From: an uncultured Clostridia bacterium
Lineage (GTDB): Bacteria > Bacillota > Clostridia > Oscillospirales > CAG-272
Assembly (NCBI GenBank): GCA_947625265.1
Contig: CANQNM010000001.1
Span: 1-56,042, forward strand
Direction: 5' to 3'
DNA: 56,042 bases
Shown here: positions 1 to 8,831 of the stretch, in pieces
Position numbering within the stretch: the first letter of the stretch is position 1
Layout of the letters: each line of letters begins with the position of its first letter
Translations under genes and position numbers: made by a program
The notes under the pieces: generated by a model
What the model saw: the letters and a program-made list of their open reading frames with translations, nothing else
Told to the model about the DNA's origin: nothing
Databases searched by the model: none

Positions 1-448
1 GGAGGCACTGGGAAAAATCAAAAAAGATTTGAATTTTGAATGCTACGCCTCGGATATCGACAGAGAGTGCGTGAAACTGACAAGAGAAAACATTCGCCGC
101 GCGGGGATGGGTAAATATATCAAGGCCTTTGAAAGGGACGCTCTGCAAATCAAAACCGGCGGCAGACGCGGCACGTTGGTCTGCAATCCGCCCTACGGCG
201 AACGGTTGATGACTCCGGAGGAGTGCGCCGAACTCTACAGAAAAATGGGCGCGCATTTCGCCACGCTTGACAATTGGCAGATTTACATCCTCTCGGCAAG
301 CGAGAATTTTGAAAAACTCTATGGCAGAAAGGCGGACAAGGTGAGAAAACTGTATAACGGCATGATTCGCTGCGGATTTTACCAGTATTTCAAACCGGAG
401 AACCGTCAAAGAACGTTTCCCAAAGGCGGAACTGCCGTGGGCAGTTGA
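1..448 (+). CDS. Class I SAM-dependent RNA methyltransferase (RlmL/YpsC-like), C-terminal part; 5' end lies outside the window
   Basis: The ORF is open to the window edge. It carries the NPPYGERL catalytic motif and a typical methyltransferase C-terminal region. Confidence 0.7.
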   Translation, partial: EALGKIKKDLNFECYASDIDRECVKLTRENIRRAGMGKYIKAFERDALQIKTGGRRGTLVCNPPYGERLMTPEECAELYRKMGAHFATLDNWQIYILSASENFEKLYGRKADKVRKLYNGMIRCGFYQYFKPENRQRTFPKGGTAVGS

Positions 449-688
449 CGTTTTTTCCTGGTGGGCGGATTTCAATCCCGCACGCACGTCTGCCGCTGAA
501 AAACCTCGAAGTTTCGAAACCGTCTTCTTAATAGTTGCGGCAGGTCTTCTGGAATTTATGCGAGAGCCTTTATCCTTTGCGGGAAAATGGCGGACGGCAA
601 AGAGATTCGCAGCATTTTGACCTTTTTGGCTTTTTCTTCTTTTCTGCGTTACCTTGTCGTTTTTGGCTTGTGAACAGTGAAAAACAAA

Positions 689-724
689 GACGGCACAGAG
701 AGCGATTTCGCTTTCTGTGCCGTC
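689..724 (-). terminator. Intrinsic terminator downstream of alaS
   Basis: A 16-bp stem (gacggcacagagagcg / cgctttctgtgccgtc, one mismatch) is followed by a T-rich run on the minus strand. Confidence 0.6.
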
Positions 725-842
725 CTCTGCATTTCATGGATGGAATGCCTGGCCGTGTTTTGATCGTTGTTTTCAAACGGCGGATCCGCGCCTTATGCCG
801 CCTGTCTTGCGGCTGCACGGATATGCGGCGAAAAATGCATCG

Positions 843-3473
843 TCATGTTGCCGCGTCTTTGATTTGTTTTTTTACCGCTTCAAAGGCTTCAGGAAGTTTT
901 TCGATGTTCTTTCCTCCGGCAATGGCGGAGTCCGGCCTTCCGCCGCCGCCTCCTCCGCAAATAACTGCGGCGGTTTTGACGAGAGCCCCGGCGTTCATTC
1001 CCTTTGCCTGCGCTTCCTTGCCCACCGAGCAGATCAGATTCAGTTTTTCACTGTTGACAACCGCCAGCAGTACCACGCAAAGGGGATCTTTTGCCCTCAA
1101 ATCGTCGCAGAAATTTCTTGCGGCGTCCGCCGCAATTCCTTCGGTTTGGGCAATGAGCAGATGCAGCGAGCAAAATTCAGTTGTATGGGAAAGCAGGGCG
1201 TTCATCTTTTCGTTTGCAATTCTTGCTTCCAAGGCTTCGATTTTGGATTTTTCACTTTTGATATCGTTTTGCAGCTGCGCGGCCTTTTTGGCAATATCGT
1301 GGGGATTGGGAATTTTCAATTCTTTCGCGGTGTCCAAAATCAGGTTGTCTTTTTCTGCCATGAGTCTGAGCACGCCGTAACCCGTGGTTCCTTCGATCCT
1401 TCTGACTCCCGCCGCCACAGATGTCTCGGCGATGATTTTGAAGAGTCCGATTTTCCCAGTGTTTTCCACATGGGTGCCGCCGCAAAGTTCAGTTGAAAAA
1501 TCGCCCATTTTCACCATGCGCACCACTTTTCCGTATTTTTCGCCGAACAGTGCCATGGCGCCGTGTTTCTTCGCGGTTTCGATATCGGTTTCCACTGTGT
1601 TCACGCACTCTCCCGCAAGGATGTGTCGGTTGACAAGCGTCTCGACCTGAATGAGTTCTTCGGGAGTAAGCGGGGCGTAGTGAGAGAAGTCGAACCGAAC
1701 CCGGTCACTATCCACGTAGGAACCCGCCTGCTCTACATGATTTCCGAGAACTTTTCTCAGCGCCGCCTGCAACAGGTGACAAGCCGAATGGTTGCGGCGG
1801 ATGCTGTTCCTGCGTTCGGCGTCAACGGTGAGAGTCACACTGTCGCCCGTGTTTAATGTTCCGTCGGTTATGTGACATAGGTGGAAAAATACGCCGTCCT
1901 TCTTTTTGGTGTCTGTGATTTCCGCGCTGCAAAGACCTGTTTTGACGGTGCCTCTATCGCCTACCTGGCCGCCGCCCTCGCCGTAGAAAGGCGTTCTGTC
2001 GGTGATTAGCGTGAATTCTCCCTCGGAAACGCTGTCAAGAACTATATCCTCCGCGATGATTCCAAGAACGGTTGCAGAACTTTCGTCTTCCGAATACCCT
2101 GTAAACTCTGTTTTCGGGAAATGCTCAAACAGATCTTTGGATGCTTCGGACCATCCGGAGATGTTGGCTCTTGCTTCTCTTGCGCGGGTTCTTTGGTTTT
2201 CCATCAGGGCTTTAAAAGTTTCTTCATCAATTCCCAGCCCGGATTCCGCTGCAATTTCCCTGGTCAGATCGGAGGGAAAACCGTAGGTGTCGTAGAGTTT
2301 GAAGACGTCCTCCCCGTCGATGCGGGTTTTGTTTTCCTTTTTTGATTTCACGGTTATGGCGGAGAGAATCGAAAGGCCGGAATCGACGGTGGCGGCGAAA
2401 CGCTCTTCCTCAATGCCGATGATTCTCTGAATATATGCCAGTTTTTCGGTAAGTTCCGGATATTCGCTGAAGTTTTCTTTGGCCACGACCGCCGCGATAT
2501 CCGCAAGGAAGGTGCCCCGGATGCCCAGCATTCTCCCATGGCGTGCCGCCCGTCTCATCAGTCGGCGCAGAACATATCCTCTTCCCTCGTTGGAGGGCAC
2601 CACTCCGTCACAGATCATGAACACCGTGGAACGGATATGGTCGGTGATTACCCTTAAAGAGACGTCGTTTTTTTCATTTTCACCGTACACGACGCCCGCG
2701 CGGTCACATACGCAGAGCATGATGTTTCTGACGGTATCCACCTCAAAAAGACTGTTTACCCCCTGCATGATGCATGCCAACCGTTCCAGGCCCATACCGG
2801 TGTCGATGTTGGGATGGGCGAGACGGGTGTAGTTGCCCTTTCCGTCGTTTTCAAACTGCGTGAAGACATTGTTCCAGAATTCCATGTATCTGTCGCAGTC
2901 GCAGCCCGGTTTGCAATCGGGACTTCCGCAGCCGAAAGCGGGTCCTCTGTCAAAATAAATTTCAGAGCAGGGACCGCAAGGACCGGAACCGTGCTCCCAG
3001 AAGTTGTCTTCCTTTCCCAGATGGACCACCCGTTCGGCAGGCAGTCCGATGTCCTTTGTCCAGATGTCGTATGCCTCGTCGTCATCCTTGTAAACGGTTG
3101 CCCACAGTTTATCCACGGGCATTTCCAGAACCTCGGTGATGTACTCCCATGCCCAGGAGAGCGCTTCCTTCTTGAAATAGTCGCCGAAAGAGAAATTTCC
3201 CAGCATTTCAAAGAAGGTACCGTGGCGCGCGGTGAGCCCCACCCGGTCGATGTCGGGTGTGCGAATGCATTTCTGACAGGTGGTCATTCTGCGCCTGGGA
3301 GGTTCCAGTTCCCCCGTGAAATATTTTTTCAGGGGCGCCATGCCCGCGTTGATGAGCAGCAGGGATTTGTCGTTGACGGGCACAAGAGGGAAACTCTTGT
3401 GCCGGAGATGTCCTTTGGATTCAAAAAAAGTAAGATAACTCTCTCGGAGTTGGTTTACGCCCGTCCATTTCAT
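843..3473 (-). CDS. alaS: Alanine--tRNA ligase
   Basis: The start was chosen at MKWTGVNQLRESYLTFF rather than the longer ORF. Class II motifs are present (FEMLGNFSFGDYFK), as are the editing and zinc motifs HSACHLLQ and CGGTHV and a DHHA1-like C-terminus. Confidence 0.95.
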   Translation of the reverse strand: MKWTGVNQLRESYLTFFESKGHLRHKSFPLVPVNDKSLLLINAGMAPLKKYFTGELEPPRRRMTTCQKCIRTPDIDRVGLTARHGTFFEMLGNFSFGDYFKKEALSWAWEYITEVLEMPVDKLWATVYKDDDEAYDIWTKDIGLPAERVVHLGKEDNFWEHGSGPCGPCSEIYFDRGPAFGCGSPDCKPGCDCDRYMEFWNNVFTQFENDGKGNYTRLAHPNIDTGMGLERLACIMQGVNSLFEVDTVRNIMLCVCDRAGVVYGENEKNDVSLRVITDHIRSTVFMICDGVVPSNEGRGYVLRRLMRRAARHGRMLGIRGTFLADIAAVVAKENFSEYPELTEKLAYIQRIIGIEEERFAATVDSGLSILSAITVKSKKENKTRIDGEDVFKLYDTYGFPSDLTREIAAESGLGIDEETFKALMENQRTRAREARANISGWSEASKDLFEHFPKTEFTGYSEDESSATVLGIIAEDIVLDSVSEGEFTLITDRTPFYGEGGGQVGDRGTVKTGLCSAEITDTKKKDGVFFHLCHITDGTLNTGDSVTLTVDAERRNSIRRNHSACHLLQAALRKVLGNHVEQAGSYVDSDRVRFDFSHYAPLTPEELIQVETLVNRHILAGECVNTVETDIETAKKHGAMALFGEKYGKVVRMVKMGDFSTELCGGTHVENTGKIGLFKIIAETSVAAGVRRIEGTTGYGVLRLMAEKDNLILDTAKELKIPNPHDIAKKAAQLQNDIKSEKSKIEALEARIANEKMNALLSHTTEFCSLHLLIAQTEGIAADAARNFCDDLRAKDPLCVVLLAVVNSEKLNLICSVGKEAQAKGMNAGALVKTAAVICGGGGGGRPDSAIAGGKNIEKLPEAFEAVKKQIKDAAT

Positions 3474-3866
3474 AACGTGTTTTTTCCTTTCTCTTCGCGA
3501 ACGTCTTTTCATTTCCGTGTTCCTGCGGAATGCGGGTTCCCTTTGGCGACAGCCAGGTTTGGCATTTCTGTGTCTCAGCATTCCTTTTATCATGTGAACA
3601 GGACCCCGGAGATTCCGTTTTCCGCGACGTATTCCGCCACGGGCGGTTTTTTGTTTCTATAAACTTTCAGACCTCAAATTTTAAATTTTCAAAGGGAGGA
3701 ATTCTCTTTGCTTGGATGTGCCCTTGGCCCCGAAACCTTCGGGGCGAAGTTTGCGGTTCAACCGTTTAGCCGTCCGTATATCCGTTCGTGGTCCGTTTGT
3801 TTTCTATACCCGTTCATGCGACGTCAGGCCATCCGCGCGTTTGGACGGCGACGCCGCTGTCTCAAA

Positions 3867-5234
3867 TCAAATATCGTCAAAGTCTTTGACGTCAATGCCG
3901 GCGGCAAGAGTTGGGTCAACGTCTGAGGGAGTGCCGTTCACGGCAAGCGTCTGATCCCTGTTGCGCAGATCCGGGGGAGCGCTTCCCACGATTTCCTCAT
4001 AACTCTTATCGGGATGTTGAAGCATTACATCGAGCACTGTGATATATTCCCGCGTGATCTCCCGGGGAGTGATCATACTGTCCGATCCCGCCCGATCGAG
4101 ACATAGGGTGAGAAAATGCAGGATCTGCTCCTCGGTGATGCGGCAGGGACTGCCGTGGTAGAGTCCATGGAGTTCGGTGATTCTGTGACAGAGCGCCAGC
4201 AGTTCATTGTCCGACATTCTTTTCAGTCTGAAAACCGGCCCCATCAGGTTTCTGTACCCGCCCATAGAGGCGATGCGTCCGTCGGACAGACGGCTTTTCA
4301 GCGCTTCATAACTGTACAGGCCTCTCCTAGGATCCTCCAGAAAGGCGGGCGTTCCTCCGAAGTATAGCCCCAGATACGGGGAGCGTCCTTGAAGGGAATC
4401 GTTGTACATGGAAAGAAGTTTCTCGTAGTTGCTCTCTCTGGAAACTCTGTTCACGATTTTATACAGATTGACGCACTCGTCGATGAACACCAGCAGCCCT
4501 GTGTAACCAATTTGCCGGACGAAAACCGCGTAGAGTTTGATAAAATCAAACCAGTTTTCGTCGTCGATGATCATGCCTACGCCCAAGGCGGCGCGCGCCT
4601 CTGTTTTGGTGGTGTATTCTCCTCTCAGCCAGCGCAGACAGGCGCTTTTCTTTCTGTCGTCGTCCTCGGTGAAGGCACGGTGGTACTGCATCAGTACGTT
4701 CGCAAAATCAAATCCACCCACCTGACCTTCCATCAGAGAGGCGACTCCGTAGACCTTTGCCGACAGTTCTTTTTCAAAAGCCGGCGATCCGGGAGCGGAT
4801 CCCGCGGCGGCGATTTCCGACGAGAGATTGTCAAGCCATCGGGAAATGAGACTTTGCATGCCGTTTCCGTCGGGATTGGTTCTGGTGGAAAGGTTTTTGA
4901 TCAGTTCCCTGTAGGTAGCCATTCCCGTGCCGGATTTGCCGCAGATTCTCCTTTCGGGGGAGAGGTCGCAGTCGGCGCATACAAACCCCTTTTCAAGAGC
5001 GTAACCGCGCAGAAGTTGGATGAGGAAGGATTTTCCGCTGCCGTATTTTCCGATGATGAAGCGGGTTTTGCTGCCGCCTTCGGCGATTTCATCCAGATCG
5101 TCCGCGAGAGCGGAGATCTCTTCGGTTCTGCCCATGGCGATATATGGCGCGCCGACCCTGGGTACAACGCCTGCGGACAGCGAAGACAACAGCCCGGAAA
5201 GAATCCTTTTCGGGATTTTCAGTTGCTTATCCAT
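3867..5234 (-). CDS. DUF2791-type P-loop ATPase (BrxD / Shango SngB-like)
   Basis: Walker A is GKYGSGKS and Walker B is LLVFIDEC. The N-terminal pattern RILSGLLSSLSAGVVPRVG...IAMGR is typical of this family. The start codon is overlapped by the upstream small ORF. Confidence 0.7.
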   Translation of the reverse strand: MDKQLKIPKRILSGLLSSLSAGVVPRVGAPYIAMGRTEEISALADDLDEIAEGGSKTRFIIGKYGSGKSFLIQLLRGYALEKGFVCADCDLSPERRICGKSGTGMATYRELIKNLSTRTNPDGNGMQSLISRWLDNLSSEIAAAGSAPGSPAFEKELSAKVYGVASLMEGQVGGFDFANVLMQYHRAFTEDDDRKKSACLRWLRGEYTTKTEARAALGVGMIIDDENWFDFIKLYAVFVRQIGYTGLLVFIDECVNLYKIVNRVSRESNYEKLLSMYNDSLQGRSPYLGLYFGGTPAFLEDPRRGLYSYEALKSRLSDGRIASMGGYRNLMGPVFRLKRMSDNELLALCHRITELHGLYHGSPCRITEEQILHFLTLCLDRAGSDSMITPREITREYITVLDVMLQHPDKSYEEIVGSAPPDLRNRDQTLAVNGTPSDVDPTLAAGIDVKDFDDI

Positions 5235-5383
5235 GACCTGATCTCCTCCTCATAGTCGGGCAAGGTTGAAAAAACTCCCTCCCGCTCTTCAAGAACGATA
5301 TCTCCGATACGTTCCAGCGCTTCTTCGTTGATTTGTCCGGCAAGACTGTGCGGGGATAGAGAAAATTTCTCCGCCATCTTCAT
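5219..5383 (-). CDS. 54-aa acidic ORF resembling the detached C-terminal tail of a TerB-C domain
   Basis: This ORF is not in the supplied track because it is under 60 aa. It translates to MKMAEKFSLSPHSLAGQINEEALERIGDIVLEEREGVFSTLPDYEEEIRSWISN. Its ATG overlaps the TGA of the upstream ORF (ATGA), and its 3' end overlaps the ATPase start by 16 nt. Confidence 0.45.
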   Translation of the reverse strand: MKMAEKFSLSPHSLAGQINEEALERIGDIVLEEREGVFSTLPDYEEEIRSWISN

Positions 5384-6963
5384 GTAGGCCCCCTGCCCGA
5401 TACAAGCGCCGCCAGCGCTTCTCTGTTTTCCCCCGCTTTTTTGTTTTTGACTGCGTCTTCGGCCTCGGAAGATTCTTGTTTGACTCCCGATAACCGGTGC
5501 TCTTCCGGCAGGGGAAAACCGGTTTCGGGTTTTCGAACGTCTTTTGCGAGTCTCCCGTCGGGTTGCCCGTGTATCAGACGGTTTCGGTCGTTTGTGAAAT
5601 CCGCAGAATTCTCAAAATCCGTGCGATCCGTGAAAACCGGAGAAAGCCTGTCGACCACTTTCAAAGACTGTTCCTCGATTTTTCTCGCTTCACCGAAGGA
5701 GAACCCCTTGCTCTCCGGTTCATATTTCTGAGCGTAATCCTCGTATTCGACGGATCTTATCGTGTGGGCTGCGGGAAGATTTTCTTTGAAATATTCCTCG
5801 ATGACCTTTCGCATGGGCGCGGTCAGGGAAGGTGCGGAAAGGCGGGGACGAATGCCGCAGTGCGCACGAACAAAGTTTTCGCAGAGTTTCACGGCGTCGG
5901 TGACAACAGAAAGGGTACCCACCGTGCGCGCGGGCGTATAAAAAATGTCCAACCGTTTTTTTTCTCCGTAAACGCACACCGCTCCGTCATAGGAAGTTCT
6001 ACTGATTTTTTGAAGTTCTGCTTCCTTTTCCTCAAAGCGCGGGTCGTTTTCCAATTGCATGGCCTGAAAGAATCGGTTCATAGCGGCGGGGATATGGGTT
6101 TCGAAAAGCGACGCGTTTTCCTTGGTCATATATTTGCTGTCCCTGTAGGAATAGGAGGATAGAAGAAGATTTGGGTGAAGATGTTCCTCGGCGTTCAGAT
6201 AAAATTCCCTGAAGGAAGAAACCTGTCTGCCTGCCGCGAGCACCTGCTTGAAAAGGTGTTTTTCGGGGCGAACCTGATGGATGAGACAATAGTCAGGGAT
6301 CCACTCGGAGAGATATTTGTCCAGTTTTGGGTAGACCTTTCGATAGTTGATCCAGAGTTTGAGAAGAAACTCCACGCCCTTTTCGGGGGGCAAAACATCC
6401 GGGAGATTGATGATCTCATAGGAAAAAAGGAGCAGATAACTGAAATCCGCCCGCAAGAAAATCTCCTTTTTGAAGGATGTTCGCCAAAAGAGGTAGAAGC
6501 GCAGCTGCTGCGCGGTGAGTTGATGATACTGAGGCATGAAAGAGAAATAGGGAACGGGCGGTGTACTCTCGCCCTCCATGGAGAAAAGCGCGAGGGCGTT
6601 TTTTCTGAAATTCGAGAAGAAAGAGTAGGCGTTTGGCCATGGATAGATCTCCACATGGCGCACAAATCCCGAGGTACAGTCATAGATTTTTTCCGGGCGC
6701 TGTTCGGACGTTGGGAGAACAGAAGGCCCCTCTGCCTTTTCCTGCTCCTGTCGTCCGGTTCCTTCGGGTGGGGGCACGGAGGGAGAAAGAGTCCGCTTAT
6801 AAGACGGCTCCGTACCTGAAAGGGGGCGGCGGGTGAGATTCTTCTTAGAAGACTTTCCGCTTTTCGCAGATTTCCCGAAGTTTTTGTCCGTCGGCATGAG
6901 AGTGTCAATGTCCCAGAAGGAGTCGTCGTCTGTGAAACCGTCGTTTCCGGGCATTTGCTCCAC
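5380..6963 (-). CDS. TerB-N / TerB-C domain protein (Shango SngA-like)
   Basis: The RBS is AAGGAGGTGG. A disordered N-terminus is followed by a TerB-N-like core (PYFSFMPQYHQLTAQQLRFYLFWR...YLLLFSYEIINL) and an acidic TerB-C-like region. Confidence 0.65.
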   Translation of the reverse strand: MEQMPGNDGFTDDDSFWDIDTLMPTDKNFGKSAKSGKSSKKNLTRRPLSGTEPSYKRTLSPSVPPPEGTGRQEQEKAEGPSVLPTSEQRPEKIYDCTSGFVRHVEIYPWPNAYSFFSNFRKNALALFSMEGESTPPVPYFSFMPQYHQLTAQQLRFYLFWRTSFKKEIFLRADFSYLLLFSYEIINLPDVLPPEKGVEFLLKLWINYRKVYPKLDKYLSEWIPDYCLIHQVRPEKHLFKQVLAAGRQVSSFREFYLNAEEHLHPNLLLSSYSYRDSKYMTKENASLFETHIPAAMNRFFQAMQLENDPRFEEKEAELQKISRTSYDGAVCVYGEKKRLDIFYTPARTVGTLSVVTDAVKLCENFVRAHCGIRPRLSAPSLTAPMRKVIEEYFKENLPAAHTIRSVEYEDYAQKYEPESKGFSFGEARKIEEQSLKVVDRLSPVFTDRTDFENSADFTNDRNRLIHGQPDGRLAKDVRKPETGFPLPEEHRLSGVKQESSEAEDAVKNKKAGENREALAALVSGRGPT

Positions 6964-7100
6964 CTCCTTTTTCCGTTCTTTTCATAATACCACAAACAGG
7001 GAAACAAGTCAAGGTTTATTTTATGAAAGAAGTGTCCACGAAGGCGCCGTACATATTTTTCACAAAAATAAAAAAATTTACAGGATTTTTTAAAATAGTA

Positions 7101-7129
7101 TTGACAAATTGGAATTTTTTGTTTATAAT
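7101..7129 (+). promoter_or_regulatory. Consensus sigma-A promoter
   Basis: TTGACA, a 17-nt spacer and TATAAT all match consensus exactly, within an AT-rich intergenic region. Confidence 0.75.
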
Positions 7130-7235
7130 TGTCTTGTTGCAGCATACAAAAATAACAAAAAAGGTGTTTGAAAGAAGAACTGTCATAAAAAAGTATTTTA
7201 TTGCTTGAATCCCTGCGATTTTGGTGTGTGCTTTT

Positions 7236-7526
7236 ATGATTCTCTCATTTACTCTTGAGGCAATTCATTCAATATCTTCAAGCCGCATAGCGTCTGAACC
7301 GGATTGCACGATAGATTATGGAGCGACTACCAACGGTTATGTAGTCTTTGATACTAAAATGGAAAATTCGGTTGCTGTTTACCATGGCTATAACAATGCC
7401 GAAGACTTTAAAAGCGCTTTTGGATTTGGCGCAGGGGCAGTGATGGCAAGAAATACGAGCACCGGAGAAATATTTATAGGTGTCATTTGCTCTGAACACC
7501 GGAACTTCTCTGGGGTTTGGCTTTAA
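7236..7526 (+). CDS. Hypothetical small protein (coding status uncertain)
   Basis: The ORF sits between a perfect promoter and an intrinsic terminator. Its amino-acid composition is protein-like, but there is no convincing RBS, and GC is lower than in the neighbours. Confidence 0.35.
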   Translation: MILSFTLEAIHSISSSRIASEPDCTIDYGATTNGYVVFDTKMENSVAVYHGYNNAEDFKSAFGFGAGAVMARNTSTGEIFIGVICSEHRNFSGVWL

Positions 7527-7551
7527 ATGGCTCGATATCTGAACGGAAAAA

Positions 7552-7586
7552 GGAACCGTGCGGCTGAAAGTCGTGCGGTTCCTTTT
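7552..7586 (+). terminator. Intrinsic terminator
   Basis: An 11-bp stem (ggaaccgtgcg / cgtgcggttcc, with two G-U pairs) is followed by TTTT. Confidence 0.65.
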
Positions 7587-7659
7587 GATGTGAAAAGAGT
7601 TTTCCGAACCGTCTCCTACGGAAAGGCGGGCCTTCGGAGCATTTGAGAGGAAATTTTTC

Positions 7660-8616
7660 TTAGGTCGCAAAGGGAAGGGAGAAATCGCTTTCGATGATTT
7701 TGCGGCACTGAACGGGCGAATAACGCCAGCGGTCAAGGTGTTTCTGCTCTTCCGGAAGAAAATATCGGGGAGGAGCGGGAGGGGCGAAGTCGTTGTAGAA
7801 GTCGATGAGCACCAGTTTGATTTTCATGCGTTCGGGATTGATGCTTTTGATAAATACTGCCGCCTTCTGTCCCACGCTGACTCCTTCTTTATATTCGGCC
7901 AGTCCGGCGAGATTGGCGGTGAGTTCTACGAAGATTCCGTAGTCTTCGATGCTCCGGATGACGCCGGTCACGGTCTGTCCCGGCTCATAAAGCGCCGCGT
8001 TTTCCGCCCAACTGCCCAGCAGTTCTTTGTGGGAAACACAAATGCGTCCGGTAGTTTTGTCTACGCCTTTGACGATCACTTTTATGTAGTCTCCGTTGGA
8101 AAAACGGTCGCTGGGATGGGAAATGCGGGACACCGAGATGCAGTCGATGCTCAGCAGGGAAACGATGCCGCATCCGATATCCACAAAAGCACCGAAAGGT
8201 TCCTCGTGCGTCACTCTGGCGGGCAGGATGTCTCCCGGACAAAGGCGACGCAGGAAATTCTGAAAGCACTCTTCCTGTGCGGCTTTGCGGGAAAGCATGG
8301 CTACCGTTTTTCCAGTGGCGTCCTTCGTAAAACCCGTGATTCTGAAGCACACGGGTTTGCCCACCCGTGAGATCACGGCGATATCCTTTTCCTGCCTGTC
8401 GGGCAGGGGAAGGAATGCCTCGCTTCTTGGGATAATTCCCCAAACTTCGCCGCCGAGAGAAACGGTCAGATCCATTTTGCTGTTGCAGGACAGCGCGATG
8501 CCCTCAAGAATTTTTTGCTGCTGCCACGCCTTCTCCAGTCCTTTCAGGCTGCTGATATACTCCTTGTTTTCGTATGAATTCCACAATACCCCTTCGGGCA
8601 TATATTTTTGCATCAT
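7660..8616 (-). CDS. S1 RNA-binding domain protein (multi-S1)
   Basis: The RBS is GGAGGT. Repeated S1-like segments are present (GDILPARVTHEEPFGAFVDIG, GQTVTGVIRSIEDYGIFVEL). Confidence 0.75.
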   Translation of the reverse strand: MMQKYMPEGVLWNSYENKEYISSLKGLEKAWQQQKILEGIALSCNSKMDLTVSLGGEVWGIIPRSEAFLPLPDRQEKDIAVISRVGKPVCFRITGFTKDATGKTVAMLSRKAAQEECFQNFLRRLCPGDILPARVTHEEPFGAFVDIGCGIVSLLSIDCISVSRISHPSDRFSNGDYIKVIVKGVDKTTGRICVSHKELLGSWAENAALYEPGQTVTGVIRSIEDYGIFVELTANLAGLAEYKEGVSVGQKAAVFIKSINPERMKIKLVLIDFYNDFAPPAPPRYFLPEEQKHLDRWRYSPVQCRKIIESDFSLPFAT

Positions 8617-8831
8617 CTGCTTCTACCTCCGTTCCTTTCGGTCTTACATCTTATGCGGGACGTCTTCTGAAAAGAACGAATTTTACTCTCAGACTGCATA
8701 AAGTTCTGAAATCGGACAAAAATTCTTACAGAATATTTACATCCGGCCGGATTTCAGGAAAAGAACCGGAATTCCGTGGCGCAGGGGCCAAGGGAAAAAG
8801 TTCGAACACCGGCAAGTGAAAGCGAGGAACT

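Noticed and set aside
535-3662. Several long + strand ORFs (535-1380, 717-1496, 2814-3662 and others) lie opposite alaS.
   Set aside because: They are antisense shadow frames of a well-supported alaS gene. Their composition is Arg/Ser/Cys-rich and not protein-like, and they have no RBS.
3474-3866. A T-box riboswitch was expected in the ~390-nt region upstream of alaS.
   Set aside because: I read the minus strand and found no GGGUGGUACCGCG-type T-box sequence and no terminator/antiterminator pair before the ATG. The only clean hairpin-plus-T-run (CCGCC-acg-GGCGG-TTTTTT near 3634-3652) is on the + strand. I leave this as an unexplained long leader. An Infernal scan would settle it.
6195-7145. 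A 316-aa minus-strand ORF overlaps the TerB-N gene in another frame.
   Set aside because: It is an out-of-frame overlap with a better-supported ORF. It is Arg/Ser/Pro-rich and low-complexity, and it runs into the AT-rich promoter region.
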